From positions 3,226,001 through 3,290,000 of the forward strand of contig NC_087251.1 of assembly GCF_037042905.1 (NCBI RefSeq): 64,000 nucleotides of DNA. The letters are read 5' to 3'. The position numbers and the translations under genes were made by a program. The notes below the pieces were generated by a model that was not told the origin of the DNA, ran no database searches, and worked only from the letters and a program-made list of their open reading frames with translations. This document shows, in pieces, positions 25,555 to 41,400 of this stretch. Source of the DNA: Lytechinus pictus (Eukaryota). Positions within the stretch are counted from its first letter, which is position 1. Every line of letters begins with the position of its first letter.

Positions 25555-28500
25555 ATTGCTACGCTTATGATGGAAGATTGTGCTGATCTTATCTGTTGAA
25601 GTTAGAGTAGACTCAGATGAACCTGCTTCACAAACTAGGATCAGGTTATCCAAGGGTTCATGAATGTAGCTAATGATGCTGTAAATGATAACTACTGTTT
25701 ATTCTACAACCTCTGAGAGTGTTCAGATAAATATATATATATCTCAGTAATTGATTATGAGTGACTTGTTGGGTAATAAGTCACCCATCATTAATCTGAA
25801 CTGTACTAGGGTTTTACTGTCACAAGGTCATTGATACATTGTATCTCAAGCAAGGGGAACATTTTTACTGACTTGATGATTTATCAAATGTCCTCTCCAG
25901 TCCCCAAATAATTGATGCCATCTCATTCAATACAATACGAAGGTAGCAATGTTCTCTCCCCCCCCCCCTGAATTTTTTTTTTTTTTTTCTAGATTCAAAT
26001 TTTGTTCATCATGCAGTTCAAACACTTAAATAATTATGATCTTTTTAAGGGATTCACTTGTAAATGACTGTCTTTGATCTTCATAAATAAGTTGCCTATA
26101 TATATATTTTTTTGGTATGGGATTATTGACTTGCTTTGTAGATTAGCAGTGATAATATTTGCTCAGGTGGGATATCATATTCATTTCTTCTTATCTTAAT
26201 CAATTGTTTATTTTTATTCACTGTGATATATCAGTATAGATGAGACAGTGCCAATGTTTTTGTAGAGACTAAATTAAGCATTCAACTATCAAAAACAAGT
26301 TTCAAATAAATTTTCTCAATTTTGTCACATGTAGCATGTACACTTTGCAGTTGAGATGTTCAAGACTTGTTTGTTTTTATTCACTATCAATGCTCTTTCT
26401 ACCATATCCATTTTCCTGATTGCTACCTCGGTATTTGAATGGTTTCTTGTAATGTATGTTTTCTCCAAGCTTTTAAAAGAAAGAAAAAACAAATATTTTC
26501 TGGTTAAAATTTTGTTGCATATTTCTTTTTTGTTTAACTACATGATGTGCAGATAATACTAAAACCCTGTGCTACTATCCTACACTTTAGTTCTATAGAC
26601 TTCTGATATTGATACAGAGCTTGAGCAGCCCCTGAACATGTTAGCATTACAACCTGAATTAAGAAGGGAAATTTAGTTGTTAGGAAGACCTCTTTATTTG
26701 TATCCTCTAGTGTGCTGTTGTGTAACTTCATTTTTATGTTGGTGCTTATGAAGATAACTGCCGGTAAATTGTTTTCTCTATAAAGGGGGCTTTTTCCATG
26801 TAAAGTTATGTTTGGCTTTCAGGAATTAAAATAAAAAGTAAATGAAATGTATGACCTCAACTGCTTAAGTCTAAAGATATGTTTCTCTTATTTCAATATC
26901 CAATTGCTGTTCTAGCCAATTTAAATTTAACATTAGTTTGAAGGTTCAAATTAAACTTTGTTGATTTTAAAGTCTGGATGAAACCTTTACCTAATAATAG
27001 GAGAATGTGAGGATATGTGCATGTGTATTCAGTTCACTCCAAATTACAGACATGTTTTTGTTCTTTCAAGCTCTATCATTATTAAAGAACTATAAGGCAC
27101 AAAGTTTTAAATATTAGTATTCAAACTGCTACTCATCATTTTTTTTTCTTTTTTAAAATATTACTATTTACTATATATTTTTTGTATCTTTTTCAGTTAT
27201 TTCGCTATTTTGCTTTCAATATCTTAACTAGAGGTTGCTGTTATTAGATGTAATAGGTTTTCCCTGAAATGTTTTATATCCTTTTATATTAATTTAAATT
27301 GAGCTTTACTAGTCCATAATTTCTTGGTTTTTTTTTTGTTGTTGCTTATTTAATACTGTAATCAACATAGCATCCATTGTATTATACATATGTTAGTTTA
27401 AGAGAGAGCTGAATTCATTTGGAACAATATTTAAAGTAGATTAATGAAATTTAACAGTTATTTCACCTTCAAGGTTACAAAAGCTTGTGCGGAAGAATGC
27501 ATTGGGAATCACTTGACATTTTAATTTAATGTTGGATTGTAGAAAGGATAAATATTTTTATGAAAGAACTTTATTACATGAATGATTAATGAAAATGTCA
27601 ATGTTATTGTACCATGTGGTTCAAAATGTGAAAAAGTAATGTCAAATACTTGATTGCCTAATCAAAGATTTCTTTTTATTGAAGGTATGCATTAGTTAAA
27701 TGTCTATTTAATGTTGGTCTATAGTGTATTACATAACATTTTAAGAGAAAATAACACTTTTTTAAGTAGAAGTATAATATTCACAACATTCATTATCATA
27801 AGAGATTGTTACACTGAATCTAACGATTCTACACTCCATACTTTTTAAGATTTCATAAATGTTTTGTCAGGACACTGTTTTTTTTAGCTGAAACGTAACT
27901 GCTTTAATAAAATCATTTTCTTCAAGTAAACAATACAATCACCTTGCCTTTTTAGAAAAATTGCAATGTTATGCCAAGAGAAAAACTTGAACTGGTTCAA
28001 GAAAAATTTATTGATAATGTGTAGTTTTTATTTTTTCCATCAAAGATCATTATTACAGGTTATGTCTTGATACATTCTAACTTTTATTAAATTTTTTTTT
28101 ATACAGGTGATATGCAGAGAGTCAAATTTAGTTAATACAGACATGATCTACAGTGCAACGTTAAGAAGAATAATATACCTAAATACTCTTACAAGTACCC
28201 CTTTATTTGAAAGTCACATAAAATTTGATTTACATATTGTTATTGGATGTCTTTTTCATGTCTGGCATACATTTAGTTTGTGAACCTTTTTCTTAACCTT
28301 GTACTATGGTCTCACCAAAAGTCACCGTATGTCAAGATTTTCCCTTGATATTCTGTTTTCTGATGAGAATGATTAAAGGTTTTATATGTCTAATTTAAGA
28401 CTTGTGGAGGAGCAATGGTAACTTCATGTTCTAGTGCTAAACGAAAGTTGTTTTTTAATGTAGAAAGTCACATTTATGTCAAAATTATTTTGTATTAGAA

Positions 28501-31500
28501 AAATTATTAAAATAATAGAAATTATCAAATAAGCATAATTGGGAAAAAATAGTGATATTAAGAATCACACGTTCAATGACAGGAAGATAACAACCTCTAC
28601 ATGTAGATTTCAATTTTGTCTTCCTTCATGATTTTATTGTCTAAATTTTGGGTGTGTGATTTTTAAATTGTACGATTGAAAATTATATATATATGCTGAG
28701 AGGAAAATTGAGATGAAACAAGTGTTTCTTGATCTCCATTGTAATTATTCATCAGATTCATTGTAAAGCTAATTTTTTTTCTGCTGGTGTGACTTGTTTC
28801 AAATAAAGTATGGGATGTGGTGAAGAATAAAATTGATTCCAGTGTTTTATCATCTATAAGTGTATTTCTTTGTTGCAATAATATTTTGTCATTAATATGC
28901 AGCATTCAATCATGGTGAATTCAGTTATGCCCAACACTAATTTCCATTCAAGTTTAACAATCAGCAAAGTTAGTGACCCCTCTTGTTATCAAATCATATC
29001 AAAATGAAATTAATCCAAATCTAGAAAGCCATTAGTCAAAGATTATTGCATATTAACATTAAAATTAGCTAGAATATGAAAGAACTTCTCAGCTTTTCAT
29101 CAATACCTTACTTATACAATTGACACGATGCATGACGATTTAACCTGTAAGACTATTACAGGTATAAATTCCATTTTGTCCAAGTTTGTCAAATAATGCC
29201 CAGTTTACACTACTGTGGTCATCAGATGGATGAGTGTAAATCCCTTGATATGTAAACTCATGTATTGACAGCATTGAGAGGCGAAAGGCAAAGCTATACA
29301 AGGATTAGTAATATATACACTGAAATTATTCAAAGATGATATTTACTAATCTTATGATTTTGTAAAATTGAATAATTCCTCAATAAATTATAGAGGCTAC
29401 AGAGACCATGAACCTGTATGAATATCATATTCTCCATCACATGCTGCCCCAGGGAGATATTATGTTCTGTTTATACTCTCCCTAAAATGATCATAGACCA
29501 ATGTAAATGGGGCATAAAGCCAACATGATACTTTATTTGATCCCTGGATTCCAAAGTCGAGAGACGGTCATCTTCAAAAGCCTTTTTTGTTAAGGCTGAG
29601 GTCATTAATGACTGATCAGTTTCATGCACTCCACCTATTGTACCAAAACTTGGAAAAATTGAATTTGTCATCCACATTAATTTTTTTTTAAGATGTGCAT
29701 GGTGTTAGGTATTAGTAAGGTATGAATATAAAGATGAGTTGCTTTTACATTATCTGGTAAATCTACATTGTCGTATTTGATACCCAGTGAAAAACAGCTC
29801 TCTTAATTATGATTCCCCTTACCAGTTAACCTATTTAATTTACTGTAACATAATTGTTACCTTATCTTGTCCCCCCAAAACACACACATTCCTCTGCATT
29901 ATTATTATCACTTGGTGTATTCAGACCGTTTTAGAATACCTTATCTGATCAGGATGTTAAACCTAATCTACCCTTTTCAGAAAATATTTTTAGCATTGTA
30001 AAAGCTAATTACTTGTAATATTCCAGAAAAAAATACCGTTACAAAGTGTGCGTCAACATTATGAGAACTTTCAGTGGGATTTTTCCAGGGTAGCAGGTAT
30101 TTCTGCAATGTAGAAGTAAATAACGAGAATGTTCTCAATCCAGTGAGTAGATGGGCATGGCCTGTTGAGCTAGGGATTTTTAATCGCACACCTTGCCTGC
30201 TAATCAGACCATAACGTGCATCTTGGGCATAAAAAATTCTTGTAATTTAACAGGTATTCTGGTGATCAGTCAGTCTGAATATGGTCTACTTATTCTGTTT
30301 ATAATTCTCACATTGCTCCTATTTCCTCTTTCATGCTTTAGATTTAGATCTCTATTTGCTTTCTAAGTTCCCATCAATTTTCTCATTCTTATCACTTACA
30401 CTTTCAATTAAAATGGCATAAATGAGAAATTACAAAGTTTATTTATTGGCAAGGTGTTAGTAAAATTTAATCATTCCCACTTTTTTTTTCATCTGGACAC
30501 TGAACACATTTCAAATCATTGATAACAAATGAACTTTGGTACTTTTTTTTATCTTTCCAGTATATTGGGTTGTTATTGCTCACTTTAAAATAAATGTGAA
30601 TAGCTTTAAAAATGATAACATAATAAATCAATCCATGAACTCATTCCACCTGCAATCATCTTAACATGTCATAATTAAATCATATTATCATAACTTTCCC
30701 TGATAAAAAAACATCTCTCATAATAGATCTCAATGTATCATAAAAAATATCACAAATATGTGCTTAAAAGGTTTCATAGCATACTTATCTGATTCATTTT
30801 CAATTAATCAGCATTAGAACAAAAATTACACATAAATGATTAATAATAGAGTACTGCCTCTCTGATTATGGAAACAAACTTTTTTTTCATCTTATGTTCA
30901 ACACACACAAAAAATGAACTATGCAATCTAACTTTATTTAAAAATAATCACTATAATTACCACCACAAACTTTCTCTTATCCGAATTAAATGATTAAGAA
31001 CATGAAATGTATGGTGTCCTTTACACTGCATCTTGAACTGATTTCTATCTAAGGATAGTGTGTGTGCAATATAAACAAACATACCTTTGGGGGCTATGTA
31101 ATACCCAAAAGGATCAGTTTAAATTACATTGTAACATTAAAACACCTTTATAAAACATACTTTGCATGTTTCCTTTGAATATCATTTACACCAATTTGGC
31201 ACACTACACTACCATTCTTACATCTTACAAATGCTATATACATACACATGATTCTATTGAGAACCAAACCTTACAGTAATTTCTAAACTTAATTCTGAAA
31301 TAAGAACACTTGTCTTTTTGTCTCTTGCACCAAAATACAATTTCCAACATGCATAAAAAAGAAAAGTATATAGATATGTACATCTAAAAGTTAATAATTA
31401 CAAAAGGTTCATTACTATTACAAAAACATTTACCAATTGCCCAACTTGGGTATCTAAACAAAAACTATTTCATATGAACAATTTGAAACTAGAAAGAAAG

Positions 31501-32104
31501 AAAAAAAGAGCTAAAATTGGCTACATGTTTCATTGGTTTATAAAGTGGTGATATAAACCCTAGATAATGGAGTCTGGGGGATGAGAATTCATAGCTAAGA
31601 AAGAAGAATGGATGGCGAGAGGAGAATCTTTACATTCAAATCAGGATACAGGAAAGAGGGTAATTACTCAAATGGACGGTGCCCATTCATTAAACAACCT
31701 TACAAGACAGATAGGTGGAAAACATTGAGTCTAACAGCAACGTGTAGGAAAAGGTACATAACCTCACCAAGAAGTTTGTCCTGATCAACAGATTAGTTTG
31801 AAGGAACTCAAGTACATGTTTCTCAAGGGATTCCATCAAAATAACACAATGACCAGGCTAAAACACAAAACACACATCAAACTTAGAAGTGGATTACAAT
31901 TTCCCTTCAATTTTAACCCTTAAAAAGAGGGAAGAGAAAATTAATATATATATTTATGTGTTTTGATGTGACGCTCTATCCTATTGTTAGGCATGCCACA
32001 TCATAAATGATTTCTCTATGCAACAAAGGCTATAAATATTTATGAGGATGACATTTTAAAGTTCTAGAATGGGAATTATTTGAACTATCTGAGGGGATGG
32101 AATC

Positions 32105-32537
32105 AGAGACACCAATCTTATCACCTTCCTAAAACTAGTTTACTGGAAACTAGTTTAACATGTAATGAGAACGGTCGAAGCGATCTTCCAAGTCGGTTCA
32201 TAAAACCACCTCGCATGTACTTTTCAAGATCGCTTTGCCTCATTAAACTGGTTTTAGCACGAGGACACAACCGTTCTTCGGGAAGCGATCTTAGCACATT
32301 TTGAGCGGGCTACTCCACACATGTGTAGAATGCCTATGCTACAGTTTTGAATTTCGCATGAAACCTGTCACCCCACTGAGAGTGTTCCCATAGCAACAAG
32401 ATTGCTTTACATGAAGTGATTTTGAAAACCACTTTTGGGTGATCAAATGGGAACGCTAGCAAAACGATCTTCCTAACTGGTTTCCTGAATCGGTTTCCAG
32501 TAAACTAGTTTTAGAAAGTGTAATGAGAACGGGGTCC
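32105..32537. mobile_element. MITE with degenerate left TIR
   Basis: ctaaaactagtttactggaaac / gtttccagtaaactagttttag inverted pair. Confidence 0.65.
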
Positions 32538-32719
32538 TAGAATCCTGATCTTCATGAAGCATATCACAGAATATAAAGCCCTCTCTAAATCAGCATGAGC
32601 AGGGGGGTATTCTGTTTCATCTAACAGTTACCATAGCAACGATCAGACACCTGTGCTCCCTGGCCAATCACAATCAGGGTCAGATCTGACGACTTGTCAG
32701 ATGACACATGTTGATGTTG

Positions 32720-32874
32720 ACCTCGGTCACATATCTATGGTGTACGGCGAGTCGAAAACAGCCGTTTCATTCTTTCTCATTTAAACCACCTATATGTAGC
32801 TGGTACAAAAAAATGTTTAAGACGGCTGTTTTCGACTCGGCATATGGCCGTCATAGAGCAAATGTGACCGAGGT
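32720..32874. mobile_element. Short palindromic MITE
   Basis: acctcggtcacat...cgagtcgaaaacagccgt / acggctgttttcgactcg...atgtgaccgaggt. Confidence 0.75.
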
Positions 32875-35399
32875 ATAAAATTTCAAGTATGTGATTGCAT
32901 CTCTGCTCCCATGTCTGTAATGACCTGATCCAAACAGGAAGTAGGGTAGTATGATACTCTTCCTTTTCAAAGAAGCCCCACCACTGCGCACCATGTATAG
33001 GATTAATAGGAACTACAGAACAGAAAACCATGAATGTAGGTACAATTCAGGAACCTTATTTTGTTATCAAATATAAAAAAGGAGAATGCCAACTGACGAT
33101 CTGCTCCAGGTTTTATTTCTTGACTGCTCAGACCAATCCATTTATCAACCCTGTTGAATGGAACAACTTTGATTTTTTTTTTAATGAAAATGGGAGCAAA
33201 TAAACTTCCCAAAGAGAATTCAAAAGAATACCTGGTAGGTACTTGCTAGTAAAAAGGTACAAGGTGGCATTCCTGTTTGGTATCTTGTAAATCAACTTAC
33301 ATAATGTATAGTGCAGACAAAGCAACATGTCTCGTCTTTAATTAACAATACAAAAAATACAACTTTCAATATATTTTCTTAGTCAAGTGAAACTGTAAAA
33401 GACACAAACAGCCTTGTTGAGAATTGCCAATGTAACAACAAGTCACAATCACAAATTGATCAATATCTTATAGAAGTGAAATAACCATCGGATAGAATAC
33501 CATCTAAGTATGTACAGCTTTCTGCAACAGAAGCAGTGAAAACGTAGTATAGGAAAGTAAGCTAAGAAAGCGACATACAGTTATGTTCAGTCAAAAGTAA
33601 ATGTTTCAATATCATCTGTGCAGATTACAACACACAACATACACACAAAATATTACATCATGTGACTCGGAATACATATCATATATGATCATGTGACTAA
33701 GGGTGCATTATCACCATGCATTATATACAGTGAAAATACAGTTACAGACGGGCGAGTCTACAGCTACAGACAGCTGAGTCATATGACCACAGGCTACCAC
33801 ATAATGGGATGCAGCAAACTTTTCCAATATAATTTTTGTTTCACTTAGTCTGGGAAATCATTGTGTGTATGGCATAGACCCGCTTGATGATAAAAAAATG
33901 CAAGTCTTATTCCCCTACAGTTTCTCAGAGATAGAAGTATCACAGGATTATGAAGACTACCTTTTGAAAAACACATGAAGACTTTATCAGTATGCATTGT
34001 GAAGAGAAAATAAATAGGAAATCCCTCTATAAGACTAAACATCCATCAATTCTGAATGTGAATCTGATAGCTCTACCTTGAATAAAAGCTTGTACAGGTC
34101 AAGTTATTTTTCAATCAAGCATATCTGAGTTTAGTTAATAAAGAGGCTTTAATAGGAGAAATCATAATTTGTAAACAAATTTTCGGCATTACTCCTATGT
34201 GCTTAAGATCGCATGCTCGATCTGACTTCAATGTCAACATTCTATAGCTCTGTCTTAATCCTGAATGTCATACCAATCAGATGTCAATCATTAGTCATTC
34301 CATCAAAAACAAAACATGTAGTGGGATAAATGGGGAGAAGATTGAGAGGTCAATAAATGGTACCAGAAAGCAAAATAACTAAAAATACATGTTCACTGTA
34401 TATCACACATTGTGTTCATAACATGTGCACTCTAGTTGAAAATAATACCTAAGTATATTGCTTTAATATTACTACATGATTTGAAATGAAATTTTCAAAT
34501 GTCTGCCGAGCAAAAACTATAATAATGGTTTTAATTTTGAAATTCATGTAATTTGTATAATTGTAATTCTCTTTGATTTCTTATTCAGAAACACAATACA
34601 ATTAGCTGTACAGGGATTTCTAGCAAAGTGATTGCCAATCAAGTCAATAAAAAATCATAAACAAGCTACTGACAAAATAAGTTTTTTTTTTTTTTTAATT
34701 CTTTACAGAATGGGATCTGATGCAATTCAAACATTTCCAAATTTAAAAAAACTTGTGATTTCAAATCAAATGATTCACTTTAGTTCAATAAGAACTTCCT
34801 GAGATTAAAAACAGGTACAACTCAATCTTTTGCAAGAACAATTCATAATTGTGAAATTATATTTATACATCTTTTGAAATTTACATATCTTGTACCTGTG
34901 ATGATTACTAAATAAATACACTGAAAAAAAAACATTCACATTAAAAATCAGTGGTCTAAAAATATAAAACATGCTTTATATGGAGAGCATTTATTAGTCT
35001 ACCTATTTTGCTCTAATACTTATTGTCAATTTACATTTTAATGTATGTCATTAAAAATATAATGCCAGGTATTGCAAAGAAGCCTCTAGATTATGCACAT
35101 TTCCTTTCATATTTGTTCTGAATGTCACTAATAACACATATTTTCACATTTCAGTTTTTCCCCAGCAACAAACACAATCTTCGCAATTTAACAAGACTTA
35201 AACAGAGTCACTCACAAAACAGTGTAGATAAATACTGAAGGCATATTTCCCAATTTTATCCATATTTCTCGTGCATAAACTTATGAATTAATGATGTTTG
35301 GATACATGTCAATACAGGATTTCAAACACCCCATTTCATATTAAAAACACACAGAACAAAATCAAATAGCAGTAACACAATTTACAGTGACTACATCCA

Positions 35400-35441
35400 T
35401 CACGCTTGCTTGAATGCTTCTGGTGGAATCTTCCCTTCACT
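35400..35441 (-). CDS. NXF1: NXF1 last coding exon ([13 protein letters not shown])
   Basis: ttttag|, TGA at 35402-35400. Confidence 0.93.
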   Translation of the reverse strand, partial: SEGKIPPEAFKQA

Positions 35442-38400
35442 CTAAAATACAAACAGAAAAGAGAACAGAAATATATTTTTTTAAAGTTGATACAGAAATT
35501 ATTACAACCCATAACAATATATACATTTGTAAGTTCATGTACAAAATGTTCATATACACTGTATCTAACAATCATAATGTATGTATTAGTGACAGAATCA
35601 AAGATTGTATGGTAATTAACTAGCATCACTTTCAAAAACATGATATCAAAATGCAATCTGCTATTCATACTGTTTTTATAATTTACATTACCTTCTTGAT
35701 ATTAAATGTATAAGAATATTTGGTCATGATTTTGTTTATTGCCTAAGCAGTAATGACATTATTGATTGGCTTGTTTGTGGGGGAAACATTAGAAGTATTG
35801 ACAGCGCTAAAACTGCACATTTATTTGACTCATGTAATATGATCTTTACAACTTGGTGAATAAATCTATGTAACCCTCAAGTCCAGTCAATGATATTCCC
35901 ATAAATAGTGCAGATATGATCTTAGCTCATAGGGTGACAATGACAGTGTGAATTGGTTGTTATCTATGTAAACAATCAATGACTAACCTGTAAACTTGTG
36001 AAAACTGTCCCAGATTGTTCATAATTCCAGTTATTCTCTTCTAGACACCTGTGTGTAAAGTAATCGTAAGTAACAAGAAACATGAATAGATGATGACACA
36101 GAGATTACACTCCTAATGAAGAAAATATTCTTAACCATGGGATATAAGAGAACAACATATAATCATGTTTCCTGTGCTATTAACATTCCTCATTATCAAT
36201 TGGCTACACTCTTTCAACATGCCTTTGTTTCTGCTATAGCTATATATCATTTAGTAGGACCAAAACTTTCAAATAGCATTGTAAACAAATACAACACATT
36301 GATATTAATCAACTAGCATAAATGATGTCTTTCAGAAACAAAACCATATGTTACCAATGATAAATCTTATGTTGCACCCAGATGCATCTACCCCTATACA
36401 GCCAAGCAATGCAGAGCAAAATATAATACTAATAATCCATCCCCATCCCTTTAAGAAAACTTACTTCATAGACCAATCAGCATTCATACCAGAGACTCTC
36501 ATGAATTCAGCAAGCATCTGTTGCTGTGTTGGGCCAAGTCCTTGTGGTATTGGTGCTGGCATTGATTGAGGAACGTTGACAGGACTAGTAGATGGTGTAG
36601 GACCAGGGCTAGCAAATGAGCTCTTAAGGTTGGGAAATAAGGATTGGTACAGTGATTAGTCTTGGGAAAGGTAACAATATTGTAAAATATACTGATTTCT
36701 TGAATTACATTCATAATCAATATACAAACTTGCTAATAAAACAAGTGGAGCGCCTCTGGCAGTCTCACCTGCATCGCGCGAAATTCAATAAAGCAGCCGT
36801 GCTGGCTTTGAAAACTACTATAAATAATTATTCACAAAAAACACCATTCATATAATGATACAATACTACGTTCATTGACAATAAATGACATTTGACCTTG
36901 ATCATGCGACCTAAGACTTGTCAGTAATACTTGATTACCCCTATATCCACATTTTACAAACTATATCGATAATCTTTGAAAGTTATAACAGCAATCTAAT
37001 AATAACCTCCAAAATGGCCAAAGTTCAATGACCTTTAATGACCTTTGACTTTGGTCATGTGACCTGAAACTCAAATGGGATGTTCAGTGATACTTGATTA
37101 CTCTTATGTCTAAGTTTCATGAATCAGATCCATAAACTTTCAAAGTTATGATGGTTATTCAACAAATACCCCCAACATGGCCAAAGTTCATTGACCTTAA
37201 ATAACCTTTTACGTTATTCATGTGACCTGAAACTCGGGCAGAATGTTCAGTAATACATGATTAACCATATATCCAAGTTTCATCAACTAGGTCCATATTC
37301 TTTCTAAGTTTTGCTGTCATTTCAAAAACTTAACCTCAGGTTAAGATTTTGATGTTGATTCCCCCAACATGGTCAAAGTTCATTGACCCTAAATGACCTT
37401 TGACCTTGGTCATGTGACCTGAAACTCAGGCAGGATGTTTAGTAATACTTGATTAACCCTATGGCCAAGTTTCATGAACTGGGTCCATAAACTTTCTTAG
37501 TTATGCTGTCATTTCAAAAACTTAACCTTTGGTTAAGATTTGGTGTTGACGCCGCCACCGCCGTCAGAAAAGCGGCGCCTATCGTCTCACTCTGCTTTGC
37601 AGGTGAGACAAAAACTAAGGATAATGCAACTATGTAACTATATAATACAAATTAGAACGATATAACAAAATTATTTCTTAATAGAGGTATGATAATTTCT
37701 TTATTTTGTACTCACATTACTGCATTTATCTAATTTCAATGTACGATTGAAAATAAGGCTCATTAGTATCAAAGTAGAGATTGGCATGAAAATGATTGAC
37801 AACCATTAAAATATCATTATTCCATTCCATTCATGAATGCTGGATATTTTTAGTGTACAATACAAATTACTGCATTAGAAACAGTTGCTTTCTACACTCA
37901 CACTAGGATTTCCCCATGTAGTGATACCCAGCATGCTGTATACATGTCACATAAACATAAATCTCATTGGTTCTATCATTGAGCAATATCACGCAAACTT
38001 AATATCTTTATTTAGCCAATTCACCAAATTTGTTCGAATTAACATCACTTATGTTTGAAATTTATAATTTAAAATCAGTATATGTAATAATGTTCATTCC
38101 AGCAGACCAATGTACTAACTCTCCCATCACATTTACCTTTTGTTGGTTAGTAGCTGGTCTTAGGCAGAGTTGATCATTGATAATACATAGGCCAGTAGTA
38201 GGGTGATGTGAAGCTAAGAATACTCTACTGAATGCAATTACTACCTCGTCGTTGGACTTGCTGGTAACTAAAGACAAATTATACAAATAACATAACTTTG
38301 GAATTCATTCTGTTTTGGGATATCTTCAGTATACTTGAATACAGATATCAGCTCAAATATGAATATATCTATCGTCCAGAATGTTTACATATACCTGGGA

Positions 38401-41400
38401 AAAGAAAATGAATTCCTGTTTTCACAACTTCTGTCACGAGAAACAATAATATAGAATTAAAGATGTATCTAAAGTGATGAGATGTATTTAATGCATACAT
38501 ATTGTATTTATCATATCAGAAACCAACTAGTCATTGCATCATGCTTATTTTTCTACCAGGTGCATATCAACCGTGAGCCTACCTTTAGATACTTTGCCAA
38601 TATTGTTGAAATAAAGAGTATGAGGGACCTAATAATAATACATAAAGTTAAATCGAATGACAGAATGCATCACTGCATCACTAATGAGTTGGTTTTTTTT
38701 TTTTTGGGGGGGGGGTATAAGCAGTGTTCAATAAGGAAAAACGATGAGAAAGATATGGTCATGCATCAATTCTTACCTTCTTTGAAAGTACCACTGACTG
38801 TGAAACATAGTAGATTTCCCTGTAAATGGGAAGAAAATATATATATCTTTAAATAATATGAATTCCTCAGTCTTATATAACACACTGTGTTTTACATGAC
38901 ACCTATATAGATCCTTATTATTTGATTGGTTGTTTGATATCGATCATTCGGCCCATTTTAAAATAACATCATTACCCATGCAATTTTGGATCCAATCATC
39001 GGGCAATTATGGACCCATACGATTTTGTCCATTGCACGCTCGCACCACGACTGCAGGCACCATAAGTAAAACCACTCATGTTCGCAGCGTCAGGGTATGT
39101 ACGCGATAATCAACTCGCACTACATGAGCATATTTTGCATCAACATTCATAATTTTCATATGAAAAAAAAAGAATCTATTGTAGGTGTGATGTAAACCAA
39201 ATAATGAATGTTCTTTTCATTTGTGCCATGGACGCAATACTTCATTCGATGAAGATGAAATGATTGATCATTTCGTCTTGCACCTCATGAAGTATTCTGT
39301 CCATTGCACAAATGAAAAGAACATTCATTATTTGGATAACATTTACAAGTTATTTATACAAGTTTCATTCACATTTGTCCCTAATATATTCTAACTTCAT
39401 GGCTAAACAATTCACTCAGCTTTCAGAATATCTATATTGAAGCCTGATAAACACATGAGTTACTCTCTCATCTCCCTTCAGCATTCAACTTCTATGTTGA
39501 TGAAATCTACCAGGGTCACAAAAATAGCAGTTTAAATGCAACAACAACAAAAATCAAGCGCATGTCCCAAATACACATTTGTAATGATTGAAAATTAAGT
39601 TCTGGTTAATTTTTGGAGTTGCATTTGATTGAAACTCTTTCTGCAATAGCCCCCTGAGGAGATTAGCAAGAAAAATAGTTTATGGAATGGCACTGCTTCA
39701 AGATTGTAAAAGCATAAAAATGGTGTGCCCTGGGAAATAGATCAAGTCTACCGAAAGGAGCACATTTTTTTCAGCTGTTTTCCGAAGAATTCTACATATT
39801 TTGAGAGAGGCAAATAGAAGCTAAAAAAACGGGCCATCAAAGCTGAACTATGCTATACAACATTATAATAGAGTGCCCACCTCCCAAGATTGTGCTATTC
39901 CACAGCAATAAGTATACAGTACCTGTGCCATTGATACATCAATCCTAAGGGAATTCATATCATGTTGAGTGGCTGGTAGATCATGAAGGTAGGCTATGAT
40001 AGGTACTTTCTTCTGCTTTATCAGCTTGTTCCTTTGAGCTAAACAACAATTAACACAGAATATGAAGAATCAAACTTTCATCCCATGCTCTTAGATTAAA
40101 TATGGAAAACTAAAGGCAACCATTATCAAAATAGAATTTAAGCATATGAAAACCATATATTCATCATCAGGTAAAGAAGGTCAAACAAATTAATAATGAA
40201 TCACAAAATACCAAAGGTAAGGACACATCAATGATCCAAGGCATGTTGCACACAAGTTGTGATCAAATGCAATTTGAAGAAATCAAACTCGTATAAAGAA
40301 TGTGAACTTGTCAATGCATGCACTGAATCATCTGTAACAGATCACTAGGATATGATTTAAAGTCATCATTCCTCACTTGTTTCATTACAAATTTCATGCT
40401 TTCTTAGCAGTTGGGTAAAACAAATATATGTACACACTATGATATCACAAATTTTAATTCAAGTCTGACTTTACTTACACAGCCAGATCAGATGAGTACC
40501 CATCAATTTAAGGGATATAGATAGACAAAAGAGTAACATAGTGGAACAACCTTTCTATGAAAATTTATAGGGTGGAGAGGTCTAAGGTTATGAGACTTTC
40601 AGGCACGTTGAACAAATATGTGGGAAGCTGACTGGCCAGATCACATGGCCAACTGATTAAGGTCAGACTGTAATCTCTAGAAATGAAACAGGCACTAACC
40701 TGGGTCCTTTGTAACAAGTAGATTACGGCTTTGATGTTCTCTCAAATAGCGGCTAAGACGTGTCTTCCCTTGGCCAGGCTCCATGTTCAAAGGTATTGAT
40801 AGTGAGAAACTTGACTGTACATAGGGAAAAAATGGAAATCACATAACAGTCATCAATCTAGTAAGTTGCAATATAAGCACAATAGAACTAGTATATATTG
40901 ATATTCATATGGCAAGTTTAAAATTGAAATGAATAAACCGGAAATAATTAGATTTACTAATAAATAGGTTTCATACGAATATAGTGCATATACTGTCCAT
41001 AGCAGTATTACTTGCACTCTAAGACATGGCATTTAAACATGAACTAAAATCTGGAGATGGGCTTCTACAACCTTCTGTAATGATGATGTATGTATGAAAG
41101 TAAAATCTACAAACCTAAATTTCATTAAACCTAACTTTGTGAAAAGCATAGCAAAGAATGTTAGATTTATCTTTAGGGGTCAATCAATTATTATGCTGTC
41201 CCACCAGGCATTCATTGACCTGCTTCTGATATTTTTTGACGAAACGGGTGATGACTCAACACTTTGATGTGATGTTTACAAGCATTACATAACTGCTATC
41301 GGTTATATAACTAGAAGCAATAATGAACAGTCTAATAGTCTCAAATTCCCCATGAAGTCAGACAAAAGAGAATTTTTAACGCACAAATAATTAAAGTTGA

